Shown: in pieces, positions 20,192 through 30,007 of the stretch | Numbering within the stretch: the stretch's first letter is position 1 | How the letters are laid out: every line of letters starts with the position of its first letter | Assembly (NCBI GenBank): GCA_963770945.1 | Contig: CAVYRP010000005.1 | Span: 100,268 to 164,267 of the forward strand | DNA length: 64,000 nt | Direction: 5' to 3' | Source: an uncultured Bacteroidota bacterium | GTDB taxonomy: Bacteria; Bacteroidota; Ignavibacteria; UBA10030 | The notes under the pieces: model-generated | Database searches by the model: none | Seen by the model: only the letters and a program-made list of their open reading frames with translations | Told to the model about the DNA's origin: nothing | Program-made: the position numbers and the translations under genes

Positions 20192-21174
20192 GTAGAAGAG
20201 TCTCCACGCAGTCCGGCCTCTACCAGACTATGAAGATGGAGAATTCCTACCGGGTGATGATTCGTGTTTACGACAACAAGCTGGGTAATTTTAAAGGATT
20301 CCATAACCTCTAAAGCCTGAGCAGCAAGCATATTCTGACTTATGGTTTTAGGATTCTGCGTCATCACCTGTCCGGCCGTAAGATTGGAAATATCGATTCT
20401 TTTCTGCAGAAGACGGCGAAGGTCGCCGTCCGTAAGCATACCGCAAAGAATACCGGCATTATTTACGACGCATGTAGCACCCAGTCGTTTGGAGCTGATT
20501 TCTACAATGGCGTCGGATACGGACACATTTTCATTCACTACCGGTATATCGCTGCCTGTAATCATCATCGCATCGACCTTTAAAAGCAATTGCTTGCCGA
20601 GGTTGCCGCCCGGATGAAAAGCTGCAAAATCTTCTTTTGTGAAATTACGCTTTTGCAGGAGTGTGATAGCGAGCGCATCACCCATCGCCAGTGCGGCTGT
20701 CGTAGAAGAGGTAGGCGCAAGATCGTACGGGCATGCTTCCTCTTTTACGCTCGTATCCAGAACGAGATCGCTCTGCTTGCCCAGCGGCGAATTCAAATTA
20801 CCGACCATTGCAATCACTTTAACCCCGATCTGGCGAAATCTGGGCAGAAGCTGGCGAAGTTCTGCAGTGTCGCCGCTTTTCGATATGCATATTACAATAT
20901 CATCGGGTGTTACCATTCCTAAATCGCCATGTACAGCATCGGAAGGATGCATAAAAGCCGAAGGTGTTCCGGTGGAATTCATAGTTGCGGCTATCTTGCG
21001 TGCAATAATGCCCGATTTTCCCATGCCGGTAAGAACTACGCGACCCTTTGCGTTGAAGATCAAATCGATCGATGCGGCAAAGTTACCGTTAATATGCGAT
21101 TCAAGAGCTGCAATTGCCTCCGCTTCGATACGGATAATTTCTTTCCCCTTTTGGATAGTAGCATCAGCGTTCAT
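20188..21174 (-). CDS. kdsD: arabinose-5-phosphate isomerase (KdsD/KpsF; SIS + tandem CBS)
   Basis: SIS motif VLTGMGKSGIIARKIAATMNSTGTP and C-terminal CBS pair. The start is chosen at MNADATIQKG (21174), not the track start 21255, which overlaps kdsC. Confidence 0.9.
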   Translation of the reverse strand: MNADATIQKGKEIIRIEAEAIAALESHINGNFAASIDLIFNAKGRVVLTGMGKSGIIARKIAATMNSTGTPSAFMHPSDAVHGDLGMVTPDDIVICISKSGDTAELRQLLPRFRQIGVKVIAMVGNLNSPLGKQSDLVLDTSVKEEACPYDLAPTSSTTAALAMGDALAITLLQKRNFTKEDFAAFHPGGNLGKQLLLKVDAMMITGSDIPVVNENVSVSDAIVEISSKRLGATCVVNNAGILCGMLTDGDLRRLLQKRIDISNLTAGQVMTQNPKTISQNMLAAQALEVMESFKITQLVVVNTNHHPVGILHLHSLVEAGLRGDSST

Positions 21175-21191
21175 AGTTATTTCAGCAATTT

Positions 21192-21686
21192 TTAATTTTG
21201 TAAAATTAAATCGATCACTTCCCTTACAGCGCCGTTTCCGCCGCTGAGCGTGCAAATATAGTGGACCCGCTTTTTAACACCGGGGACTGCGTCTGACGGG
21301 GCAGCAGAAAAACCGACACGCTCGAGTACGGGAAGATCAAATTCGTCATCGCCGATATATGCAATCTCTTCGTCGGAGAGTTTCCATTTTGCTTTTATGC
21401 GATCGTACGCTTCCAATTTATTCTCAAGGTTCTGGTGAACTTCCGTAATGCCTAATTCATCCGCACGCTTCGTAACAATTTTCGAAATGCGCCCGGTAAT
21501 AATTCCGACTTTGTAACCGGCACGCCGGAATTTTCTAATTCCGTAACCGTCATGTATATTGAATTTTTTAAATTCGTCCCCGGAGTCGGATAAATAAATT
21601 CCGCCGTCGGTCATTACACCGTCGACATCGAGGAGAAGCAGCCTGATTTTATGAAGTCTGGATTTGATTGATTGTTTACGCGGCAT
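21192..21686 (-). CDS. kdsC: 3-deoxy-D-manno-octulosonate 8-phosphate phosphatase (YrbI family)
   Basis: 164 aa. HAD-IIIA motifs LLLLDVDGVMTDG, IITGR and YIGDDEFDLP. Confidence 0.9.
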   Translation of the reverse strand: MPRKQSIKSRLHKIRLLLLDVDGVMTDGGIYLSDSGDEFKKFNIHDGYGIRKFRRAGYKVGIITGRISKIVTKRADELGITEVHQNLENKLEAYDRIKAKWKLSDEEIAYIGDDEFDLPVLERVGFSAAPSDAVPGVKKRVHYICTLSGGNGAVREVIDLILQN

Positions 21687-21691
21687 AAGAT

Positions 21692-22534
21692 TTAATCCTG
21701 CAGCTTCTTAACGGCATTGTCGATTGCTTTCACTTGCTGAACCAGCTCCTCCAGCAATTCCAATTTTAACTGGCTGGCGGAATCACTCAGCGCTTGAGCC
21801 GGATTCGGATGTGTCTCGATGAAGAGCGCATCGCATCCTGCAGCGACTCCGGCGCGTGCGATCGGGAAAATAAATTCCGGCTGGCCTCCGCTTTGATTTT
21901 TTTCACCGCCGGGCAGCTGCACGGAGTGTGTGGCATCCAGTACTACCGGATATCCTGTCTTTCGCATTATGGAAAGAGAGCGCATATCCACTACAAGGTT
22001 GTGATAACCGAATGTCGTACCTCGTTCGGTAAGAAGAATCTTGTTATTACCCGTTGCTGCAATCTTCTCGGCTGCAAGATGCATGTCGTCAGGTGCAACG
22101 AATTGGCCCTTCTTGATATTTACAGTTTTGCCTGTTCTACCGGCCGCTTCGAGCAAATCCGTTTGCCGGCAAAGGAACGCCGGTATCTGCAGCACATCGA
22201 CGACTTCGGCGGCAATCCGGGCCTCGGCAGGTGAATGGATGTCTGTTAGGACCTGTATATGGAATTCCCGCTTCACTTCTTCAAGAATTTGTAATGCTTT
22301 ATCATCGCCGATAGTTGTGAACGAATTACCGCTTGTGCGGTTTGCTTTTTTATAGGAAGACTTGAAAATGAAAGGCATCTGCTGCCGTTCTGCAATCGAA
22401 AATATAGTCTTCGCAGTCCGGAGGATCATTTCGCGATTCTCAACGACACAAGGACCGGCAATGAGCACCAACGGATGATTTCCGCCGATTTGAATTGTGC
22501 CGACCGATATGGTTTTCGTTTCAGGGGTATTCAT
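21692..22534 (-). CDS. kdsA: 2-dehydro-3-deoxyphosphooctonate aldolase (KDO8P synthase)
   Basis: LIAGPCVVENREM, FKSSYKKANRTS and DATHSVQLPGG. The start is chosen at MNTPETK (22534); the longer track ORF overlaps the ispE promoter region. Confidence 0.92.
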   Translation of the reverse strand: MNTPETKTISVGTIQIGGNHPLVLIAGPCVVENREMILRTAKTIFSIAERQQMPFIFKSSYKKANRTSGNSFTTIGDDKALQILEEVKREFHIQVLTDIHSPAEARIAAEVVDVLQIPAFLCRQTDLLEAAGRTGKTVNIKKGQFVAPDDMHLAAEKIAATGNNKILLTERGTTFGYHNLVVDMRSLSIMRKTGYPVVLDATHSVQLPGGEKNQSGGQPEFIFPIARAGVAAGCDALFIETHPNPAQALSDSASQLKLELLEELVQQVKAIDNAVKKLQD

Positions 22535-22661
22535 AGTGCCGCTGATGTGTTTCTTTTGGAAAACATACGAAAAAATGGCTGAACAATCAAAGAAACTCAT
22601 TTTATACAAATCCTTGCATATACCACCTAATTGCCTTATTTTTAATTCGGTTAGGTATATT

Positions 22662-23510
22662 ATGACGCTCCAAGCATACGCAAAAATCAATATTGGTCTA
22701 TATATTCTCGGAAAGCGGTCGGATGGTTATCACGATCTCGAGACGATTTTCCATGAGATCAATCTGTTTGATGAGATTGATTTGGAACCGTATAAGACGA
22801 TGGAGATGAATGCCGATTCCATTCTTGTCCCAGTCGACGAAACCAATCTCTGTTTGAAAGCCGCGAATATTCTTAAAAAAGAACGCAAAGTGAAGGAAGG
22901 AGCGATAATTCAGCTCCGTAAAAATATACCTGTCGGAGCGGGATTAGGCGGCGGCAGCAGCGATGCAGCGGCAGTTCTTCGCGGTTTGAACGAACTGTGG
23001 AAGTTACGGCTGTCCAACAACCAGCTTCGTACCATTGCAGGACAAATAGGATCGGATGTTCCGTTCTTCATTGAAGGTGGAAACGCATACGCCAGCGGAC
23101 GCGGTGAAATTCTGGAACACTTTTCTTTAGACCTGCCGTTTTGGATTGCAGTCGTCACACCGTTGATCAATATTTCTACCGAGTGGGCATATAGTCATCT
23201 AAAACTTCAGCGTGATGGAAAATTAACCGAATTGCGGACGAAAATCGCCAAGCAAATATCAAATCCTAAAAAAATTGCCTCGCTTGTACAGAATGATTTT
23301 GAGGAAACTACTATCAAATTCTATCCGGAAATTGGCCGCATTAAAGAAAAACTAAAAGAGAGCGGAGCAGTGTTTGCATTGATGAGTGGAAGCGGTTCTT
23401 CTATTTTCGGTTTTTTTGAGAATGAAAAGGAAGCTATCGATGCACTTGACTCGTTTCCGAAAAATTACCAGACATCCATTACGGCACCGACATTTAAGCC
23501 GGGCCGTTAA
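22662..23510 (+). CDS. ispE: 4-diphosphocytidyl-2-C-methyl-D-erythritol kinase
   Basis: N-terminus MTLQAYAKINIGLYILGKR and GHMP kinase motif PVGAGLGGGSSDAAA. The start is ATG 22662. Confidence 0.9.
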   Translation: MTLQAYAKINIGLYILGKRSDGYHDLETIFHEINLFDEIDLEPYKTMEMNADSILVPVDETNLCLKAANILKKERKVKEGAIIQLRKNIPVGAGLGGGSSDAAAVLRGLNELWKLRLSNNQLRTIAGQIGSDVPFFIEGGNAYASGRGEILEHFSLDLPFWIAVVTPLINISTEWAYSHLKLQRDGKLTELRTKIAKQISNPKKIASLVQNDFEETTIKFYPEIGRIKEKLKESGAVFALMSGSGSSIFGFFENEKEAIDALDSFPKNYQTSITAPTFKPGR

Positions 23511-23528
23511 TCTCCGGCTGGCTGCGCT

Positions 23529-25577
23529 TTGAAATCCATCCCCTACATTACAGCTTTTTTGATTTTTCAGGTTTTTGCCATTGTCTATCCTCAGGATCGT
23601 ATTGAAAGAAGAATAAAACAAATTTCTATCGATACTGCCGCGATCAGAGCCAAAGCACAAGGAGATAAAATCGCGCCTGTTGTTCCGGATTTTAATAAAT
23701 CAGCAGATTCAACAGGTTTTGTTTCCCGGGATACAACGGTTATTGATTCGGTTCGAATCCGGTTTCTTCCCGGTATGGGTCAAATCACCGATAATATCGA
23801 TTCGGCCAGCATATTGCATCAGAAACAATTTTTATGGAGTGATGCAAAAGTAATTGGCGATCTCATGTGGAAATTGCCGGGATTCTTTTACCGCGATTTG
23901 GGTGAAGCAGGAAAATGGGCACAGCTTAATGCCTTTGGGATAGATGGAAGAGGTATAGGAATTCTTCTAGATGGCCGGCCGATGAACGATCCTGTGACCG
24001 GTACATATAATTTTTCAGACTTACCGCTCGATTTTATTGATAACACAGAAATTATTTCCGGCGCCGCTTCAATATCGGCTTTATCTAATAAAGCCGGCAC
24101 TGTGCTAAACTTCGTATCGCGTTCCTACAACAGTGTTCATCCGCTGACAAAACTCCGTTTTATACAGGATCCAAAAGGGACTTTATTAACTGACGGACTT
24201 TTTACACAGAATGTCGCCCGTGGTCTAAATCTTATGATCGGTTTCACGAGACAGGTCTCCACCGGGCGTTTTTCTAATGCAGATCTGGATGCGTGGAATG
24301 TCCGCGCACGGTTAAGATATAATGTTTCCGACAGATTGAACATTTCACTCACGGATTTTTATACAAAAGCGGAGAATGGATTAAACTGGGGTGTAGACAG
24401 AACTTACTCAACGGCTCTCGATGAGGCAGGTGCGAGGGTTGTCAGTTATTATTCATGGGACAAGCGGTCGCGCCAGGACGTCACTTTAAGTGCTATCGCC
24501 CGTATTTTTTCAGATTCCTCTTCCACAACACAGGTGAATATATATCATACTGCATCGGAACGCGAATATTATTATCCGTCCGTTAGTCGGATAGATGATT
24601 TTACTCGGTCGTCTTTTTGGGGTATGGATCTTCGGCAGCAAATAGAATTGAATTTAGTGCAATGTACAATCGGCGGATCGTGGGAACGACGCAAGAGTGA
24701 TTCCACTAGAGTGCTCTCATCGCATCTGGAATCCGAGCAATCTCTTTTTTTACGGGCAGAGATGCGGTTGACGGACGTTTTTATACCGTCTGTCTCTGTG
24801 CGTTCAACTTCACTCGATGGAGAAAGTTCATTGAGTACCGGCGCGGGAGTGAAATCTGTAATTGCGGATTGGCTTACACTAACCGCCGATATTTCGTGGT
24901 TCGATAGAAACCCGACGTTTCAAGAAAGATATTGGAATGATTCGTCATTCCTTCGCCTGGGCGAAATCCGGAAAGAGCAGCATGCGTTTTTGCGCGGCGG
25001 ATTTACTCTTCGGGCGGGATCGATTTTTGAAATCGGCCTTGAAGGTTTTAAGCGGAATATAGACCATGCAATCGTTTCCCGGCCTGCTGTGACGGCGGGA
25101 GGTTCTCCTGCTGTCAGTATTTCCAATGTTCAGAAAGTTAGGATACAGGGTGTCAGCGGAAACATAATTTTTCGCTTTCATAAATTCGAAGCATTGGGCG
25201 TTTTGACGTTAACAAACTACAAAGAAGCCGATACATTGAGGACTTTAATTCCGGATCTTATTATTTCCGGAGAGTTGAGCTATCGCAGCACATTCTTTAA
25301 AGATAAGCTCGATGCAAAATTCGGCGTGCGTTCACGGTTCTGTGATCGGCAGCAGAGCATGCAGTTTAATCCGCAAACACTTTCATATAACCAGTACTAT
25401 TCGGTTTTTCTGGGACGTTCGACTACACTCGATTTGTTTATGATTCTAAAAATCGGCGATGCCCATCTGTCGTTTTCATGGCAGAATATGCTGAATGCAT
25501 CGTATATCTTTTCTCCGATCTATCCGATGCCGGGCAGAAATATTCGAGTTGGTGTAAATTGGGTCTTTCTGGATTGA
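23529..25577 (+). CDS. TonB-dependent receptor-like outer-membrane beta-barrel protein
   Basis: 682 aa with a signal peptide, a plug-domain block (GIGILLDGRPMNDPVTGTYNFSDLP...NTEIISGAAS) and a long beta-rich C-terminal region. TTG start. Confidence 0.7.
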   Translation: MKSIPYITAFLIFQVFAIVYPQDRIERRIKQISIDTAAIRAKAQGDKIAPVVPDFNKSADSTGFVSRDTTVIDSVRIRFLPGMGQITDNIDSASILHQKQFLWSDAKVIGDLMWKLPGFFYRDLGEAGKWAQLNAFGIDGRGIGILLDGRPMNDPVTGTYNFSDLPLDFIDNTEIISGAASISALSNKAGTVLNFVSRSYNSVHPLTKLRFIQDPKGTLLTDGLFTQNVARGLNLMIGFTRQVSTGRFSNADLDAWNVRARLRYNVSDRLNISLTDFYTKAENGLNWGVDRTYSTALDEAGARVVSYYSWDKRSRQDVTLSAIARIFSDSSSTTQVNIYHTASEREYYYPSVSRIDDFTRSSFWGMDLRQQIELNLVQCTIGGSWERRKSDSTRVLSSHLESEQSLFLRAEMRLTDVFIPSVSVRSTSLDGESSLSTGAGVKSVIADWLTLTADISWFDRNPTFQERYWNDSSFLRLGEIRKEQHAFLRGGFTLRAGSIFEIGLEGFKRNIDHAIVSRPAVTAGGSPAVSISNVQKVRIQGVSGNIIFRFHKFEALGVLTLTNYKEADTLRTLIPDLIISGELSYRSTFFKDKLDAKFGVRSRFCDRQQSMQFNPQTLSYNQYYSVFLGRSTTLDLFMILKIGDAHLSFSWQNMLNASYIFSPIYPMPGRNIRVGVNWVFLD

Positions 25578-25608
25578 TTGGGAAGACGGGCATTTGATGG
25601 GATGAATA

Positions 25609-26166
25609 ATGATAAATGCAAAAAGAATCGTAACGGTTTTCGGCAGTTCGCGCCCCTGCGAAGGTGATGAAGAATTCCGGCTTGCCTACGAAGTCGGAAA
25701 AAATCTTGCATTCAGCGGGTTCACTGTCTGCAACGGCGGGTATACGGGTACAATGGAAGCATCTGCACGGGGAGCAAAGGATGCAGGCGGTAAAACGATC
25801 GGCGTTACATTTAAAAATAATTTCAAGAAAAATGTAAACCACTGGATCGATGAAGAAATATTTCTATCGACGCTTGTCGAACGAATGCTGAAACTTATTG
25901 AATTAGGCGATGCATACGTCGTGCTTAAAGGAGGGACCGGCACGCTGCTTGAACTTGCCGCTGTGTGGGAATTTATTAATAAAAGACTTCTGACGGAAAA
26001 ACCGATCGTGACTATCGGGAATTTCTGGAGCGGCGTTGTTGAAACGATGCGGGAAGAATTACTCTGGGAAGGCGTCGGTGATTGCACTAAATATATTTTC
26101 AGGGCCTCATCACCGGAAGATTGTGCGGAATTTTTAAAAGGACATTTTGGAAATTCTGCTGCCTGA
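25609..26166 (+). CDS. LOG-family / TIGR00725-type Rossmann-fold nucleotide-binding protein
   Basis: 185 aa with VTVFGSSR, CNGGYTGTMEASARGA and VLKGGTGTLLELAAVWE. Confidence 0.7.
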   Translation: MINAKRIVTVFGSSRPCEGDEEFRLAYEVGKNLAFSGFTVCNGGYTGTMEASARGAKDAGGKTIGVTFKNNFKKNVNHWIDEEIFLSTLVERMLKLIELGDAYVVLKGGTGTLLELAAVWEFINKRLLTEKPIVTIGNFWSGVVETMREELLWEGVGDCTKYIFRASSPEDCAEFLKGHFGNSAA

Positions 26167-26264
26167 GTTTGCAGCAGCACCGATGTCTTACGTTTTTCAA
26201 GAACGAAAATAACTTCATTGCTGCTGCAGTCTCTCAGCTATTTTTTGGTTAGTATCAAATGATA

Positions 26265-27864
26265 CTATTTCAGCAAAACAAGTTTTTGCGTCGCTTTGAA
26301 TTTTCCGGCCTCAAGACAGCAGAAATAAATTCCGCTTGTCAGGCCGGAGCCGTCGAATGAGGTCTTATATGTGCCCGGAACCAGTGTCTGATTTATAAGT
26401 TCTGCCACCTGTCTGCCAAGCAGATCGTAAACTTTCAGCGAAACGTGGCCTCTTAACGGTATACTGATGTCTATTGTAGTTGCCGGATTGAATGGATTGG
26501 GATAATTGTGCGAAAGATTATACTCCGACGGAAGTGTTGAAGGATTATAATTGATTCCGGATTGAAGCTGCGAAATATCAGCGCTATCGACAACACCGAT
26601 CATATCCCCCTTTTCATTGCGGACCTGGACTTCAACCAACTTCGCGCCGCTCGGAATTATTATGGCTTCCTCAAGTTTAACTTCGGCCAGCGGTGAAACA
26701 GTAATCTGGTTCCCTTCAGAAAGAACCTGCTTGTTTTCATCCAGAAATTTTACTCTTGCGGTGCCTTTGTGGAAAATGCCATAGATTCCGGATAGAATAT
26801 TTGATGATGAATTGTACGATAATCGAGTGGCGATTGCACCAATTGAATTTACGTCCAGAATCGGAGCCCGGACTCTGGCTGTCCACCAATTCTCTGTGAA
26901 TGTATATCTTCCGCCTCCCGGAGCAAGATCGACGAGCGGGGATTTAACTTCAACTTCCATATATGCAGGAGTTGCTATTGCTTACATACACCGTAATTCG
27001 TGCACTGTCCGGATAATGGGCACCTTCGAAAATTTCAAAGGTTCTGGCAAAGACGACAGTATCGGAAATAACAGCATAAGCGATCCAGCCCTTGTGTGAA
27101 TCTGCAAATACTTTTTTACCGTAAGAGGATCGGTGGGATAAAATTGAACACCATAGACACCGGGTGCTATTTCGCCCTTCCATGCCTTGCTAGAATCTTC
27201 GAGGAGCACTCCGCTTTTTCCATAAACACTGTTAGGATTGATCGGGAAATAGGACCAAAAGTTTTCATAATCGGTTTGACCTGGATGATTAACGATTGAC
27301 TGGATAATAGACCACATGCCCCAATTAGCAGTACTTGTTCCAGTGTTAATCATTGTCTGTTCCATTTTAACACGGCTGGAGCCCGGATAGATTGTAGCTC
27401 TGCGTTCAAACCGAATTTCCTGCTGCGATCCATTTTTCAACCGGACTGGTAACAAGCACGGAAACTGAATCGTATGATAGGGAATCTGCTTCAAAAGTGT
27501 AATTCCCGTAATCAAGTGTTGGCGGCGGAGGCCAGCCGTTTTTGGGCCAGTTGTATTGAGGAGAAGGCCAGGTTTTATAGCCTCCAAAGTTGCGATTAAT
27601 CCCGTCGTTCTGTGGCGTGTAAGTTTCTCCAATTTCAGATGAGTTTATAAAAATAGACGGCAGACTGCCCAAATCGTATTGCATTACACGGCCGCCTATG
27701 GCAGGCACCGTTGCAATAGTTATAAATTCATTCTGCATAACAATACTGTTCCATTTCCATTGATTGTAATTGGAGATGGAATGGAGAGACACACCCGTAG
27801 TCTGAGCGTGCAATAGTGTTGAGTAAATGAAAATTGCGAAAATAAAAGTTATTGTATTTTTCAA
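26265..27864 (-). pseudogene. secreted DUF4380-like protein with T9SS C-terminal sorting domain, three frame changes (~27415, ~27115, ~26975)
   Basis: Signal peptide plus VPAIGGRVMQYDL...GGYKTWPSPQYNWP..WPPPPTLDYG (frame a). Then IRFERRATIYPGSS...NWGMWSIIQ (frame b). Then GKKVFADSHKGWIAYAV... (frame c). Then a C-terminal Por-secretion tail NYPNPFNPATTI...GIYFCCLEAGKFKATQKLVLLK (frame d). Confidence 0.75.
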
Positions 27865-27937
27865 TTTAGTCTTTCAGAGAGTGATGTATAGGGTATCAAA
27901 TTAAACTACATAACATTTAGGTAAACTCAAAATTTGT

Positions 27938-28090
27938 TTGTCATTCTGAAGCCCTGCCTGCGTCAGGCAGGCCGACGTTTCTTACCCTTTTGTCATTCTG
28001 AGACTGCGAAGCGGGCGAAGAATCTTCTTTCCTTTTTGTCCTATTGTTGTCTGATCCTTCGTCCTGATAAAACAGGGCTCAGGATGACAA
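27938..28090. repeat. REP/MITE-like palindromic repeat units (half unit 27938-27985; full ~100-bp unit 27990-28090)
   Basis: The unit is TGTCATTCTGAG..GAAGAATC...GATCCTTC..CTCAGGATGACA, and the two arms are imperfect reverse complements. A second full copy lies at 28402-28497. Confidence 0.75.
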
Positions 28091-28093
28091 GGG

Positions 28094-28383
28094 CTAATCA
28101 AACCACTTTTCAGATAAATCTTTCCATTCCGGATTCTCTGACTCTATCAGCGCAATTTTCTTTGACCGCAGCCATCCTTTAATTTGCTTCTCTCTTGCAA
28201 TCGCTAATATAACATCATCAGTCTCTTCGTAATAGACAAGGTACGTACAGTTGTATTGCTGGCAAAACCATTATTCACTTTATGTTTATGCTCATACATT
28301 CGCCGCTCGATGTCATTTGTAATGCCTGTATAAAGAACACCTTTTGGTTTATTCGTAATGATATAGACATAATATGTCTTCAT
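28094..28383 (-). pseudogene. GIY-YIG nuclease superfamily (UPF0213-type) protein, frameshift ~28255
   Basis: My own translation gives MKTYYVYIITNKPKGVLYTGITNDIERRMYEHKHKVNNGFAS, then after a 1-nt shift YNCTYLVYYEETDDVILAIAREKQIKGWLRSKKIALIESENPEWKDLSEKWFD*. Confidence 0.8.
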
Positions 28384-28401
28384 ATTCTTCTAATGTTTAT
28401 T

Positions 28402-28497
28402 TGTCATTCTGAAGCCGCACAGCGGCTGAAGAATCTTACTTTTCCTTTCACCCTTGTATTGTCAGATCCTTCGTCCTGTAAAACAGGGCTCAGAATT
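28402..28497. repeat. second direct copy of the ~100-bp palindromic repeat
   Basis: About 80% identical, by eye alignment, to 27990-28090 and in the same orientation. It lies on the other side of the GIY-YIG gene. Confidence 0.75.
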
Positions 28498-28712
28498 ATA
28501 AGTTATTCATATCAGAAAATTTAAACTTTTAAAAAGTATAAATTAAAATAAATAATCCGGCGATAGCCGGAAATATTTCGAATAACCAGGTGAAAAATCT
28601 TTGGGAGAAATTTCTGAAGGGAATGTTCGATTTTAAATTTTGAATTGCGGCTTCTGGACTATGCGCTGTCTGCCGGGGAAAAGCTAAATGAAACAACGCT
28701 GATGAAGAATTA

Positions 28713-29675
28713 TTATTTTTCCAGAAGGTTCTTCAAATTATCCAGCATCTGACTCCATAGTTTTTCTGAATGTTCACGAGCCTGGCTGGTTGTATTATTG
28801 TCCTGAGTCAGCTTAACATTGGTTATCTTTCCTGCATTCGAAAGTTCGATCGTCACGGTGTGATAATTCTCCGGGATGTCGGGCTGGCCTGATAACGGGC
28901 TGAAATGGCTGTACTTGATCATTTCCTTCTCTTTTATATCCAGAATAGTACCTTTATCTTCGAATTGTTTTCCCTGCCATTTTCCTCTCCAGACGATAGG
29001 GCTTCCGGTTGTCCATTGAGAAATTACATTTGTACCGAACATATATTGTTTGATCAATTCGGGATTCACAAGGGCACTCCATACTTGAGCGGCGGGAGCC
29101 TGGATATTCTTTTCTGTTCTGGCAAGTAAATCAATAGAAGCTGTCTGAAGCAGCGGCCTTACATTTTTCATGTTGAATTCACTCTCTCTGCTCAGAATTA
29201 AATCGAGTTTATCAAAGGATTCATTCCATCCGACCTCGGCCAATTTTGTTGCCTCTCCTGTCGGGAAGCCGGTGTGTTTTAATTTCATTTTTGTTTTGCC
29301 GTCAAGTTCTTGGAATGTTATCGTCATTAAAAGTTCAAGAGGCCATTCGTTCTGAAATCCTAGCGCAGATGCCCGAATAATATTTCCGTCCTTATCGGCA
29401 AAACTATCTGTGCAGACAATTCGTTGAATGGGAATTATTTTTTTATATGTTCCTGTGCTCCAGAATTCCTCTCCTTTTGGTGAACGCAAACAGAAGAGAT
29501 AGCTGCCGCCTGCGTGAAGATCTATCTTGCACACCGGTGATGTGTAATATTTCGGTCCCCACCATTTCATCAAGTATTCAGGATTTGTCCATGCATTCCA
29601 TACAGATTTCTGCGGTGCTTCAAAAATGCGATTGATTACAATTTCTGTCGACCGGCTGCTGTTATGTTTTGCCAT
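28713..29675 (-). CDS. tandem SRPBCC (AHSA1/START-like) domain protein
   Basis: Two repeats of the AHSA1-type pattern (RIFEAPQKSVWNAWTNPEYLMKWWGP... and IQAPAAQVWSALVNPELIKQYMFG...). The start is taken at MAKHNSS (29675). Confidence 0.75.
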   Translation of the reverse strand: MAKHNSSRSTEIVINRIFEAPQKSVWNAWTNPEYLMKWWGPKYYTSPVCKIDLHAGGSYLFCLRSPKGEEFWSTGTYKKIIPIQRIVCTDSFADKDGNIIRASALGFQNEWPLELLMTITFQELDGKTKMKLKHTGFPTGEATKLAEVGWNESFDKLDLILSRESEFNMKNVRPLLQTASIDLLARTEKNIQAPAAQVWSALVNPELIKQYMFGTNVISQWTTGSPIVWRGKWQGKQFEDKGTILDIKEKEMIKYSHFSPLSGQPDIPENYHTVTIELSNAGKITNVKLTQDNNTTSQAREHSEKLWSQMLDNLKNLLEK

Positions 29676-30007
29676 TTTATTAACCTGCGATTGTAATCCA
29701 ATTAAATATAGATCTATGCATCTTGTTCTGCCGGCGGGATTTACTTTCGTTAGAAAGAAACGCCTCGTTTTACCGTATTTACGCAAACGTTAAACTCTTT
29801 TATAAAATATGAACGCCGGAATTTAAAATGAAGTTCCTGTGATTCGAAAAAGTTTTAAAAATCGCCGATAAATGGAGATGGAATATACGCCTATTGAAAA
29901 AGGAGTTATGAAAATTACAATGTTAAAATATGCGAAGAAATAAATCAACGTTAGCTGCAAGCAATGGAAAAAATTAAGAGGATTCCGTTTGATGAGGAGA
30001 GAAAAAG

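Noticed and set aside
23750-23760. GGTTCGAATCC, a canonical tRNA T-loop string.
   Set aside because: It lies inside the well-supported TonB-dependent receptor ORF (codons ...DSVRIRFLPG...), and no cloverleaf can be drawn around it.
27934-28524. Track ORFs 27934-28182 and 28282-28524 on the + strand.
   Set aside because: They are translations of the palindromic repeat units and of the antisense strand of the GIY-YIG gene. The GIY-YIG reading on the minus strand explains the region.
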